A DNA stretch of 64,000 nt, from the NCBI GenBank assembly GCA_036172245.1, contig JAYWIR010000017.1, positions 3,596,001 to 3,660,000 of the forward strand, written 5' to 3'. Position numbers and translations under genes: made by a program. The notes beneath the pieces were generated by a model. That model was not told the DNA's origin, ran no database searches, and saw nothing but the letters and a program-made list of their open reading frames with translations. Below, piece by piece: positions 37,351 through 51,499 of the stretch. This DNA comes from Raillietiella orientalis (taxonomy: Eukaryota). How positions within the stretch are numbered: position 1 is the stretch's first letter; every line of letters begins with the position of its first letter.

Positions 37351-40270
37351 ATTCTTCCCCTCACCCTTCGCCAGCGAAGAGGACCTCACCGACCTGCGGG
37401 CCGGTAGGCACATGCGTTGCAAGACAGGCGGAACCACTTGGTCTGCCTGAATGAACATGAAGACTATTATAAAATTTTACTATGTTAAAATTTTAATAAT
37501 GAATGCCCCTGCAAATCCGGATGAAAAACCCGGATGAATGTAGGACAACCAGCGTCTTCTTGTGGGGTGAATTAGGAACCCACGACGCATTGCGTCGATT
37601 CCTTTCGGAGCATTCTAACCCACGACGCATAGTTCCACGCCCGGAGACCCCCGTAACCACACGGCCTCCTACGCGGGCAAAATAGTAAAATGGCTTTCGA
37701 ACTTTGGAAAGAAACTTCCTCTGCGGAAGTGCATGAAGGAAATAGAGTAATGAAAATTAAAGGAGCGACCATTTGATGGCAAAAAGATTTTGCTTAGTCA
37801 CGGATTGTAGTCAGATCACAAACCGATCTGTTTTCAGGCTACAAAAGTAAAGCCAAATTCACTTGAAATTCATTTGATTCCATAATCAAATGATTCGTTT
37901 GATCATCTGCTGTGAAATCAATGAAAAATCTCAAAGTTTACCCGATTTTTTAATGAATGGTTCGTTGCATAGAACAAGCTAGTGGGTAAATACGATCTTT
38001 TGTATCGACCACGAATTTCCAAAAGATAAACAGAGATGATGTGCTGATGTGTGTCACCAAACTGCTCTGGAGTTTTCCGTAAACAACAGTTCTATTTCCG
38101 TGAGTCCGAATAAGTCCCAGCTAGTAAATCCCAATCGTCCAACATCGAAAAGCAAGCAAGTATATTCCGAAGGAAGCATTTGATAGAAATTTACAGTGAT
38201 ACAGCAAGGGACCACTTCCATAAAAGGGTCTACTGAAAGCCGAATGCTGGTCGCTAGCGGTTATGAGTGAAACATCAAAAATTGGACGGTTCATCCTTCG
38301 ATAGGGGACAAAGAAACTGAAATTCACAACATAAGATGAAAAGCATGTGTATTGTGGATCTTACGGGGCTTTTAGTAAGGCTTCTAAGTATAAAAGGATT
38401 CGAAACCTCCTGAAAATAGCAATCTACTGTGGCATTGGATGCAGAGTAGTTCCGTAGATCCGATTCGACCATATCAGATGTCGAAGTCTGGTACGTGCCG
38501 AAATGCATCGTGAATCTTGGGGTACAATAGTGTTATGATCCGGATACTGAGGTTTTTTCTCTAAGGGTTTATGAATGCACTCCTCAATCTTCGTTATGTG
38601 AGTATTTCATATCTAGATGAGCGTACAATCTGAGCAAGCAATCTAAAACAAGTGATCATAATGCTATCTCTGCCACCTGCTATTCTTTTAGGGAAATTTT
38701 TCCGAGAGAATCTGCCTCCATCCTTGAAAACTCATGGAAAAAAGAGTACATCTCTAGAAGTAAATCTAAAAGGAATCGCCATCACTTTCATCGAATGCTT
38801 CGTGCTTTTAACCAATTATTTGATGATGTGTTATTTATCTTATATCGACTCTATGCCGAATTTTCCATTACTTTTCAAAAGGTGTAATTTATCATTGTGA
38901 TTCTTATGAGCATAATTGCTATTATTTTAAAATGTTTGAATATAAACTTCTATTCCCGTTAGAAATATATTCTTCAATTCCCAATATAAACGCTCTATCC
39001 TCAGTTTCTTAAAAAAAAAACGAAAAGTTCCCAGTGAACAAAACAGAAAGTCGGTCGCACTCATTAGGCTACTTAGTAATTAATGTGATTATTTGTTTCT
39101 CAAGCACATTTTTTTATTTCGTGAAAACAAAACTTGATAATGTTCCGACTGCTTTCTGCGCTTGGAAACAAAAAGTTTACATCTATAGTTACCACAACGA
39201 TTTTTGTATATTCTGATTTGCTCTGCAACCGTCTTCCTTTAGGAAATCTGTCGCTCTTTTTCTTAGGTAGAACAATTAATTCCAGGTAAGCATTTTTTTT
39301 TTTTTTTTTGGCTTTGAAAGTGAACACGCCTTAATTTATACCCCCCCAAAATGCTGTTAAGTAGTTCTGATTGCAATGTTTTTACCTAAACTTTCTCCTA
39401 GAAAATAAACCAAACAAATCACCAAACATCCCCCTTACACTACACAATAGTTATTATCCTTTTGGTCCATTGATATGAAAATCCAATCACTAAAATCACA
39501 AGCTTATCATTATGTTTGATTTGCATTTGCGGAATCTTTTTTTTCTTCACATCTTCAAGAAAAGCATATGAACCTTGCCATTCTTTTCGAAGTAATTCAG
39601 GAAAGAGACTAGAATGAATGTCTTCACTTAACAGGAGAAAAAAACTAGATCATGAATATTAAAGTTGTCCTAAACAAAAAGACATCAGCTACTAAAGTTT
39701 ATCACTGTATTTGAGAATAATAGTTGTATATGTCGAAGCGATGCTTTTCGATTTTAATTACTGCGAGTAGAATTCAGTGACCATCTGAAGGATTGGTACA
39801 GTGCTCTGGTTTTATTGAGAATCGTACCTTCCACATAAAGAGTTAAAATAAAATGACCTTTGGCAGGTGCGTGGATACTTGAGTATGCTTATCGATAAAA
39901 CAATCCAGTAACTAGAAAGATCTGAAAAAGTTACGATAGAAAGGAAATTTAAGAGTTAACCACATGGATCCGTGGATCCTGTTGGGTGCCCAAATGTATT
40001 GGATTCGTTCTGACGGTTTCTTGTTTGTAAATAACGGAATTTCTGATCTACAAAGCAGAAATCACCCGAGATTGCATCTGTGTTGTGGTCTTGCTGAAGT
40101 TCAGACGCATGTATTTCTATACTACATAAAAATGATATCCACTGATGTTTTGAATAGATATTTTTCACCAGTGTTACGAGTGTTTGTTGGACTTTTTTTT
40201 TTTTTTTGGCTTTTCCTAACGTGTGGGTTTGTAACATTCCCTTTGGTTTTCGAGGTAGCATGATTTACAG

Positions 40271-40682
40271 AAAGCATAGAGACTGCGGGCATGAGAAATC
40301 TAGAAATTTGCAAGTCCTCCGGGATAACAAGATGTGCCCAGTGCCTTCTGATGACACAGATCAGTCGGAGTGCGGCGCGGCGCGGAAGGATTGCCCCAAA
40401 ATGGGAGTTTGCCACACGAAACGTGTGACAGATAAAGTCGAGTACGGGCCTTGCGGAGAAGTCGTGCAATCTCTGAAAAAAAGCATCTCCACCGTGAAGA
40501 AGCCCAAAGTCTGCCAAGTTCCGCAGAGCCTCCTTAGGACCCCAGATTGTGCAACACTGGAAATAAATGAGGCTTGCAAGAGACAAGTGTGCAGGAAGGA
40601 AACAATGAGCTATCTGCATCTGTTCGTATTTTCCTTGTCATTTCTGCTGGGGTGCTTGCTGATGTATTTCCTCATACAATAA
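40271..40682 (+). CDS. Putative terminal exon encoding a Cys-rich region and a C-terminal transmembrane segment
   Basis: TTTACAG acceptor at 40270. Open frame with ~9 Cys ending in LHLFVFSLSFLLGCLLMYFLIQ*. AATAAA overlaps the stop. 5' exon not established. Confidence 0.35.
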
Positions 40683-43600
40683 AGAAAACGTACTCAATGA
40701 TGATGATGATGATAACCGCAAACAGCTGTGCTCACCTGCTTCCGTCAGCTTTCTTCCATTTCAGCTAGTTTGCCATCTACTGAAATTTTTCCGTGATACT
40801 CCTCAGAGGCGTCTTATTGAGGCTATCTTATTATTTTCCAGCTGGGTAAAGAATATCACTGCAAAAGCAGCTCCATTTTCAGATTAATAGTGTTAGTGTT
40901 GTCTGGTGCATTGAGGGATTATCTGAATTTTTGCTTCCTGTCCAGTTACGAAACAGTTTATCACATAACCAAGGATTTCTTTTGTCGCGGATTTGGAGCA
41001 CATCTTTTCACAGATTTTAATCGTTGAGATGAAGGAGAGTACAGCGAAAGGTGGTATCTCAATAATTAATAACATAACACGCAATTATTCTACCCAACAC
41101 TATGGAATTATACACCCCTGTAAGATCGAGAATTATCGATTTGCCATTAAGACATATTTTGTTTTGCCCTTCTAAAATTCCGGATCGTCTTCACGATTTC
41201 CTAACTTTGCTTTCACTTCTCGTCTCGTCAACTGCCCAACCTCATCACCTACTACCTCATTTGCATTCTGAGTGGGGGCAAGCTACCTTCATGACATTTC
41301 TTATGGACCGTGTCGAACACCCAATGATGATTACAAACATCTCGGAAGCTGCTCGTAGACAGTAATGAGAGGCTGGTCCAGGTGGCAAACAGATTCGAGA
41401 ACCAACATGATGCACCAGGGAGGATGTACGCAGTCGATTCCTGTTGTACCACGATGGTGCAAACGATTCGAAAAAGGTTGCGAGTATCCAAAGGGAAACT
41501 TCATTCTCCTTCGTACCAGGAACAAATGTTACAATTTTTACAGCACAATAAATTCCAACACTTGGAACGAAGGCTTTTCCTAGCCAAGTGGCCAGGACAG
41601 ATAAATCTCTGTATTTGCATTACTTGTTTTTAACGCATATGTATATAAAAATATATATGCAGTCGTACTTTGTCACAAATAAATTACATATATATTTATT
41701 TAAAAACGCTCTGCAACAAAATGCTCATTATTATTTCGGTGGAACTGGAAATCACCTGTCACTATATGATTCTTTTTATCAAGACGAAATTTTCAAAAGC
41801 ATTCAAAAATGCAAAGCTTCTGGAACCCTTGTTCTGTTTCTAGTCTCCAATACACAATGAACTAGGGTACATAGGAAAACGGAATAAATATTAATTTACC
41901 TTGGGTTGCTCATGCATGATACGGACGGAGCTTAAATTTTTATTTATTCGATGGTATGCTGACGAATTTAAGTTCCTAGTAGCTCAGGAACAGACTTTGG
42001 TTGACTGTTTGGTTTAGAAATGAAACCAAAAAAAAAACGGAATTGCTAACTACGAGTTTAAACGCGGATACCTTGATGGCATAATTACATGATTTACTCA
42101 TTTCTCATTCGCAGGAAATTGGACAAGATGAATGATTCTTCAGCCTCCTGTGAGGCTGAAGAATAATAGACCAGTGCACAAATACTTGAAATGTTCAATT
42201 TTTTTTTTTTTTTTAATAGATAATATGGGAAGCAAGATTCTACCGCTGCTTGTTTAAATTCTCGCAATGATTTTCAATTATAAAAGAAAAACGTTCAGCT
42301 ATAAGTAAAAATTTAATAGTTCTTTCAACGGTGAGTGAAGATGCCGAACACAATAAAAAAAAATAAAAAAATCACCAAATAAGGGCACTACATGTCAGAG
42401 ATGACTTACAGTTCCACACAGAAAGCTCATTAATAAATAAATGAAGGCATGTCACTTCTTTAGCAGTCATTCATGGTGAAAACAGTACTAAGAATGGAGC
42501 AACCATTAAAGTATCTCAATTCTCAACTTCTAATCTCTAATCTCTTCTGCAAGTGATACTTTACAGAAAACATACATCCTCCTCACAAAGACAAAAAAAC
42601 TCTACACAAGTATTTAGCATTAGAAACAGCAATGAGGCTGAACCCTCTCTTCATTGAAATTTACATTTTGAGGGTACATTCCAAGTCCTTACCTATCCTT
42701 AGAATTTGGTTTTGTGGTTGCAGAATATAAGGTTCTTGGTTAGGACATTTGTTTTACTAATTTTTAGCGATGACGTTAGAAAATTAAAATCTTTCTTATT
42801 AAAGCTGTCTACTTTCACCAAGATTTTGATAGTGTTTTCAAGGTTGTCACAACATTACAATTTATTAATTTGCAAATGCACCTGCTGTACTTCAAAACGA
42901 ATCCATCATAATTAACGTTATTTCAATCCCATACCAGTATTCTGACATGGTTACTGTGCTGTATGAATCATAATGTGCAGCCTAAATATAACTGTTTTTA
43001 ATAATTGTGGAATTATCAACATGAAATAGGGATTTTGTGCAGCATCATTACACAAACTAGCCTTTGATCACTAGCATACTTTCAGGAATTTGTAGCATCT
43101 GTAACGATTTGTATGCAATCAAAGCACATTTGTCTACTTCAACTACATCTGTTAACAAATGATGCCCTGTTTTGATAAACTTATTTGTGCACTAGAGCAT
43201 CAGTCTTACTGTTCATGTCTTATGCACTATCATTTACTTGTCATTTTGGATTAAATGTACACAGTAATATGGAAATATGATTCTCTAGAACCAAAAAGTA
43301 ATTCCCAACTCAAGAGATGTCCATCTATATCACCTTGGGTAGGAACTCACATCTGAAGCCTAAAGCAACCAAATTTCGACTGCATTTGTTTGTTGACAGA
43401 GTTTTTGAAAATAGTAAAGTGATTCCATATAACTGATGATTCAGAATTCATTCAATCGAGCCCTAAAGCTACATTATCCACATGCACTGAGAGGGTATCT
43501 TTTGTGAGTTTAGTCAGATAAGGAACTTATTCTCTGAGCAAAATATAAATTCGAACACAGAGATACTTTTTTGAGTGACCATAGGGAATCATAAGAAATA

Positions 43601-45378
43601 GGACTCTTAGACTGAATTCAATAATGTCGAAACCTTAATGGACAAATTCATCGATGTTAAAGATATGCAATAATTTTCTGAAATGGCTGGGTGTATCTTA
43701 ACAGAATTAGAAGACTCTATCAAGAAAAAAACGTCAGTTACAGCTTTCATAGGATGCCAAAAATTTGATGCCATGCAATTCCTTACCACCTATTTCCATT
43801 ATGGATCGGATATCACAATTCAAGAAAATCTGCAAAGCAGCTGACTCGATTCAACGAACTATGACAAAATTTCTTTGCCATTTCTGGACATCCAAAAATG
43901 CTGTGTGCTCAGAAAATTCATGGAAAAATAATTACTGCATGGCTTTAGAGGGAATACTAATGAAGATTCAAGCCTTATAAATCAATAGATCTATTTAATT
44001 CATTATTACTCCACACATATGTGATAAATGGAAAAAAGGAAGCTTTGATACAATTTTCTCATTCAAGCATTTTAACTTAACACCACACTTTAACACAACT
44101 ACATATCTGATGCTCAAAAACAGAGACTTTAGAAAAATCATTAATTTATTTATTTCAGCTATTAAGATAATGATCAACTAAATATAATTTGGGAACTCTG
44201 TTCTGTAATTTATTACTTGAAATGATAATCATGATTTCTGATTCCTTAAATGCTTTAGGTCATAATCTTCAAATGATTCTACATAAAACACAGTCACATA
44301 TAAAGATCATATGATACTTAAATTAAAACTTTAAAGAGTACATAATGATAAAATTATCAAAAAAAATCTGTATGAATACATTTGTTAATAAGAAAGACAC
44401 AGGTTTACAATCCATTGCTTCCGAGTGTTACTTCAGTGAATGCTGTACTTAATTGTTAACATGTAGACTTAACGCTCAAGTGGATCTTGAGGGTTCCGAT
44501 ATCTCTGTTTACACCTTCAATGAATTTGATGGAAAACCTTTATATGAAGCACATATAGAACTCATCTCTTGGTGTAAGCATTCTAATTGGAGAAAACAAA
44601 TCATAAAAACTGAATAACCAAATTAAATACGAACTACACATTGCTTTTCATGTGATTAAAAATAAAACAAACTAACTATCAACATACACCACATAAGCTC
44701 ATCACTGCCATATATCCTTAAACTGCAGTATTTGTGTTTTACCATAGAATTTTCGCACTCTTACAGCCAGAAGAAAAAAAAAAAAAAAAAACACTTTAAT
44801 AAATGGATTCGATATTACAATTTCATTTTCTTTTCTTTTTTTCATTAGAAAGAAGAAAAAAAAATGACTTGGGACCTGCAGCTACTTAAGTACCCAATAT
44901 GCACAAAAACTTCATTACTGTAACACAAATGTGTATATGGTAGCTTTTTTCTCCAAGAAACAGCTAAACAAGCAAACAATGCACACAACAGCTTGCTTAT
45001 TTTGTTTCCTAAAAAAAAAATCAAGCCTCGGATTTCAAGGACATCAAACAGTTTTTATGCACCCCCAAATGTAACATCACCAAATTACAAAAATACTTGT
45101 AAATAGTTTTTAAGAGAGCATTCCATGAGTGTTACGCTAATAAATCAATCTAAGTGATAGAAAACAATTCAATATGTAATGCTTGCAAATATTTTTTATG
45201 CTTTTTTTTAGAATATTCTTACAAAACAAAATCTAAGATTTACACTCACCAGAATACTATGTTGTAGGTGAACCACACATTTCAGGAACTATATGTCTTT
45301 TTATTTAGAAACATTCAAAACAAAATAGAAGATTCATTAAATAGTATTCTTGAATAAATACATCTTAAAAATAGTGTT

Positions 45379-48378
45379 TCATAAAAATTTTTTTTTCTGT
45401 TCAATGCGGATTTTCTTTGGCTTAGTTGTTCTGTGAAATTTCTTTTTATATTTTTCATCTAACCATGGAATTGCAAATGGTCTGAAAATTATAAAGTGCT
45501 TTTCAAGGCTTGTCTATGCAACACCTTACCTCTTTGGCAACAAAGGTAAACAACAACCGAATGCACAGACAGGAATGCTATCTGAGACTTGTATATATTT
45601 TGCTTTAAAAGGATCTGCACTGAATGTTTTTGGAATCATTTCCGAAGTACTTCTTGTACAACCTTCACTTCCATTGTATCTCAGTTTCAGCTTTTCACAA
45701 TGCTTCTGTTCTCGATATCTCTGCATATCCCATCTAACAGTGTACAAAAATAATAATGAACTGCTTATTGGTTACACTGATCAAAGAATGCAAAAATATA
45801 CACTTTCAACTCAAACTCAAACAGCACTACATACAACTGCATCAATAAAAACTTTAAAAACATAATTCATTAAAAGTCCACAAAAGCAAAAGCACATTGC
45901 AACTGCAATTTACACATGGTCCAAATTCAACTATGTAACTTAGAAAGTAACTGTTGCATATTTTATAACTTTTAAATAATATGCAAAATAACATGTTTAT
46001 ATGAGCAACCCTCACAGAAATCCATTGAATTGCATTACTAGATTTATCAGTAAACTTTAGTGGGTGTCATGTAATTTTACTCACAAAATCCACATCATTC
46101 TTCCGTTCTCATACAATCAAGTTTCTTTCAAATTATGAACACACTGGAAGAAGGATTCAACTGCAGGTTCTAGGGCATTTCATTAGAATAGCATCAAGAA
46201 ACTGGATAATGAAACAGTTAAATCTATTGAGCAATACATTCAACAAAGTTAATGAAGTACCAGTTAATGAAGAAATTTGGATAACTTTTCGATAAGGACA
46301 TTACTTTAACTACTGATACTTAATATTTTTAATATATAAAACCATGTCCACAAATTGTTTCTTGTACCTCGCCCTCAATGTTAAAATAATTTTTTCTGTT
46401 AGCTTTGAAAATTACTACTTAAGTTGGAAAAGTTACTTTGTTCAAATAAACACAAAACTATACTCATGGTATTAAGGGTGGCCTTCCCAAAGTACAGGTT
46501 TTGTGGAAGTACAGGGAAATACATGAATACAAAATCTATCTTACATGTGGTCTTTATGTTATGCAAACAGTTTAATCTAACGAATTGTGTTCATTTATGT
46601 GCCAAATATTCATTACAAATTTGACTTTCAGTTATACTTTATATACTATTTCAACTTTAGTCAAGCTCATTGTTTTCTTAGGTTCCAACATTTGCTAGTC
46701 TTTCTGAAATTTCCCCTGAAGAATTTGTAAAATTATTTATAGTATAGTACTGGAATGTGGAATTGCTATTTTTATAGATCACAAAGGATATTTGTAAACA
46801 TCAATATTTAAAAGGAAATAATGAAATTAATAAATGAAAACATACACACATGAATCAACATAAATGTAAGTGGATGAATGAATAACCCAATAAATGTTAA
46901 TACAATAATAATCTGGTATGCACATTTCATAATCTTTGAGCAACCAAAATTTTCTTACATTAAAAGTTGAATTATTAACATGCAAGTATTTACACTATGT
47001 GGAATGTAATGACCAAATTATACTAGAATAAACAAACTTCCCAAAATTCATCGCTGAATTTCATTATAAATAATGACAAGCACCCAAGCAACATCTTACA
47101 AAAAAATAACTGCACTAAATTGAAAAATCAATTTGAAACTAAATGCTTATATTAAAGTTCTGATATTAATTTAAATTGAATGCATTCAAAATTAAATTGA
47201 AACTCAACATAATAGTAGCATTGTACTATGATTTTAATTTTAGGATATGAGAAGAACATTCTCACAAATAAGTTGCACAGAAAGGAAATGAACTTTATAA
47301 CATTACCTTTTTCTTCTTCGCTCATCTAATTCAAATTTTTGATGACGTTTCAAAAAGAACTCATCATCAAGATTTTCAGTACCTTCCATAGCATAAAAAT
47401 TTCCATATTGCTTAATTTTCCACTTAGGTATCTCAATTTCTTGAGTAAATTGGAGTGTAGATGTAACTGGATCCTCAAACCCAATGTTTGCAATCCAATA
47501 TGGCTCATTGGAAGTTAAAATATTACTTTTTCTTAAACAAGCATCCTCTTTTATAGGCATTTCTATAACCAAAACACACAAACAATTAATTTTTATGAAC
47601 CTGACATTGTTAGATTTCTACTAGATTTAACAAATAAAGTGAAATGCTAGAATCATTTCATTTTTTTTTTGATTTGCTTATTTGCATCAATTTAAAACAA
47701 ACTGTTTTTTTTTTTAACCTTTTTTCAAGAGAAATTCTTTTTCTTTTATTTTTGACAGTGAATCCACAAAACCTTTTTCCTCTGTGCTCCTTGTGCTATT
47801 ATCAGCAAAATTATTTACTTGAATGCTACTTTCATCTTTGTGAAAATCAGGCTTTTCAGATAATGATGATGGAAGCTTTCTTTTATTAATTGCAAAGATC
47901 TGACTTTTATATTTCCTAGCTGGAAGTTCAACATGACTGTTATCACTGTTTGTGAAAGAATCACTCAAATCCTTGTATGGTTGTTCATTTTGAGAAGCAG
48001 TTTGATGGGCAATAGTATTATTTTTAAATTCAGTATGTGTTCTCTGTAAACCAGCATTGAGCACATTCATTTGTAATGGTTGCAAACGCTTATTTTCTGC
48101 TTTTTCTTCTAGTAGCAATAAATTTTTCTTAAGCTGTAAGATACCAGAATTGAATGCAAATGAATGTATGAAGATACTATACTCACTTCCTCATTTTCTT
48201 GTCTCAAATGTTTTATTTCCTTATTTTTTGCATTTATTTCATCACATTGCTGCTGTATAAAATCAAGATGAATTAAAAGGAGTTCCTTTAAATGCTTTAC
48301 TTCAGTGCTTTTCTCTCCTAGTATTTTCGGTTCAATAAATGTGGTATACATATGATCAAATTCACAATGAAAACTCAT
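45379..48378 (-). CDS. MSL1: MSL1-like scaffold with PEHE domain, ~389 aa; exons 48378-48187, 48133-47719, 47562-47307, 45733-45530, 45481-45379
   Basis: N-terminal coiled coil LKELLLIHLDFIQQQ..AKNKEIKHL (MSL1 dimerisation/MSL2-binding). PEHE region EIPKWK..ENLDDEFFLKRHQKFELDERRRKRWDMQRYREQ. C-terminal IPVCAFG..LP..PFAIPWL. All junctions are GT-AG and phase-consistent. Confidence 0.88.
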
Positions 48379-49636
48379 TATGATATCATATTTCAACTAA
48401 ATCGAATTCACATTTCTGTAAATAAATTCAACAAGCAGTTTAATGTCTAGACTGGAAACACTATTACAGATATACACTGAAACTCTTTAGCAATAACTTT
48501 AAATTAAACAAAAGTGTAATAAATCAACTACTGGCTAGACGAAAAAAAAAAAATTTCGATACAGCTTGTGATCTTATTACATTTATAGGTTAATGAAAAG
48601 ATATATCCCATTTGCTATTTAAACTATCAATCTAAATTTTCTGGAAAGGCAGCACGCCAACCAAATCACTACCTCAAAGCAGATAAATGATAATTCTTGA
48701 TTAAAAATTACAAATGCATCGAAAGTTATATGAATCTTTGCATTAATAATAATTTCTATTAGTGATCAATGAGATACAGTTTCATTATAATTACCATTAC
48801 TGATGATTACTTGAACATAATTGCATGTCATTAATTTTCATTCCCAGTAGCATTATCTGCATTTGCAGTTATTAACATTTATATTAACATCTATTTGCTT
48901 CTAAAGAACCTTGTGCTATTCAAAACTATCACTATGTAAACAGTATTTCTTATGTTTCGTTCTGGGTTGGATTGATTCTTGGAGCAAAGGTACAATTGAA
49001 GCTTGAACAGAATGGAAATTAAAATGGAATTGTGAAGCCATTTTCAGAATGTTTTGATTTTTATCCAAAAATGGATTCACATCCTAGAAATTGTTTAATG
49101 ACTAACAATTTCATCAAGCACTCTTTCCGGCAAAAAAAACATAAGCATACATTTTATAAATAACCAAAAGTGCATATGCAAAAGCACAAAACTTTTACCA
49201 GAGAAGGTAGTTATTGCAATTTACTATCAAATAAAAAAATATTGTTAAAAACTGCTTCGCATCTTTGGAAAACATGACTTTAGCAACATCCTGGTCCAAT
49301 TTATTATTACAATGCCGATCGAGATTTCAAAATATTGATTTATTGCAGTTTTTAATTTCCTTTCTGTTCAAGTTTCAGTTATCCCTTTGTAACAAGAATC
49401 AACATTATCGGTTAATAAAAACCGTTTTTCAGTTATTGATACACTTGCTCAGGAAAGCAAACGATTAAAATGAACTTTCTGCATTACATCTTCACCAGCT
49501 TCTTTACATTATATCTGCATCATGAACACGAAATTTTGTCTCTGACACGCGTGTTCCGTGTGCACGTTGAACTGCTGAGCTTCGGGGGTTAATGATTTCT
49601 TAATCCCCATTAAGTCAAACCGTTAATTGCCCATTA

Positions 49637-50363
49637 ATGAGATCCTGCATGGCCGCTAATCACTTTATTTCAAAAGGGTAAAGTACCCGCAACCATTCAG
49701 AAAAGTGACCGATACAAGAATCAAATGAGAAGAAATTTCCTTTTCCTCAAAAAAATCAAAATCAAAGTGGGTTTGTCATAAACAAAATTCCCTCAAAAAA
49801 AAAAAAAAATCACAAAACATAAACATCGCAGGATTCTATGAATCTGGTCTGCCTTTTTTTAAATGGCAAAAGTATAGTTCCAAGTTTTTGGTGGATTTTT
49901 TTTTGACCTCATAAGCTGAATCGATATCTGCAGAGCGTGTACAACGTAAAGGAAGGGATAAACGATTTGTTTCGTACAGTTCATTCATAATTACACCATT
50001 TCCTTTCCACGGGCCACGCGCTTTGCGTGATGCATTTCAGTCGCATCACGTACATGCTCCCTACGTGCATTCCATACATATGTACATATATATACATTTT
50101 TTTTAAACAGCTGTACGAATCCAAGAATTCGTGACTTCAAGTTGGCACAGACCAAAAGATTCCTGAACGATCCACTTGCATCGGGGATAGAGGGATACAA
50201 AAGGCCGCACCATGTTCAGTCCAATCCCATTTGGCAATTAGTCCCCCCCCCTCCCTCCTCAACCGTGGTCAACTTAGAAAGGGTAGGTTTCTTCAAGCCG
50301 GCTTGCAAAGCAGTTTTCATGAACCACGGTGAGGAGCATCCCGAAGGTTGGGGACTCGTGTAA
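49637..50363 (+). CDS. Possible small two-exon ORF (49637 or 49649 to 49677, then 50111-50363), divergent from MSL1
   Basis: GG|GTAAAG donor and T-rich AAACAG| acceptor are phase-compatible, giving ~93-97 aa (..CTNPRIRDFKLAQTKRFLNDP..GWGLV*). No recognisable homology. Confidence 0.25.
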
Positions 50364-51499
50364 AATATCCAGGAAGTGGGGTTCTGCTCCCTATCTGAAA
50401 CCAAGGTACGAAGAATTTTCAAGCAGACAGCAGCATTGCCCCTTACGAGCCTAATTGGCATTCTTTAAAAAAAAAAGAAAAAAAGAAAATAGTTAGCTGC
50501 TGGAAATGCAAAAGTCAGAAAAGTAAATAGGAAAACTCATTCTGTAGCTGTTTTGCAGGAGTAGGAATTTCAGAGTTCATGGGCAGGTAAAAAAGCAAAG
50601 GAAATCAACACAAATAAGTGGAACATGAACTAATAAGCCAAAAAGGGACAATCAAGAATATACCAAAAAGATCAGCTCAAGAAAGAAGCATGCCAAAAAT
50701 AAGAAAAAGTGAAAAAAAAACTCATGCCTGTGGAAGTACATTTTTTTAAAATGATTTTGGATATTACTTTGTATGATGCATTGCAAGTTTGGTGCATCTT
50801 TGTTTACCATTTTGCAATAACACCCTACGCATCTTTAAAAACATTTTTAGAAATTTTTACAGTTTTGAAAAAGCATGTAATTGTAGTTGAGTTTTTCTTT
50901 CTGTTTTTTTAGCTTGACTACTGTCAGTGAGCTTAAAAATGTTTCAAAATCGTAAAAGCACAAGATCAATTCTATTTTAGTGAGTTAAATTGTAAAACAT
51001 GTATTGAATGAAATTGCGGTGAAACGTGATGCGTGCAATAAGTGGCGTGTGTTTATATATTACATATTTATGTAATGCTTTCACACTGGAGTTTCAAGTT
51101 ATACTGAAATTAGTTCAAGAATTTTCTAGCGTGCCTACACATAATTGAAAATCATGTAGTTAGACTGCTAGGAGACCGCAAGCCTTTCTAGGCGACAGCT
51201 GACAAGTCACCAAAAATTTGGTTATAAGAATAAGGTAGTTTCAAGCATATGTTAAGCATAGCATACGTGAATTAGCAACTAACAAACCTGTTTTTCGAGT
51301 TGGAATACGATAAATGCAACTTTTGCCGAAGAGTTGAATTTGTTGTACACTTGTAATTATGGCTTACGCTTTGTGGTAACATTATTTTTCAAGATGTTTG
51401 ATAACAACAAACTTTCAAAAAACCATAAATATCGAGTTCTTTTGTCAGTAAATGAACACATCAATATGATGTTTGAAGGTTTCATTAATCTGCTCGATC

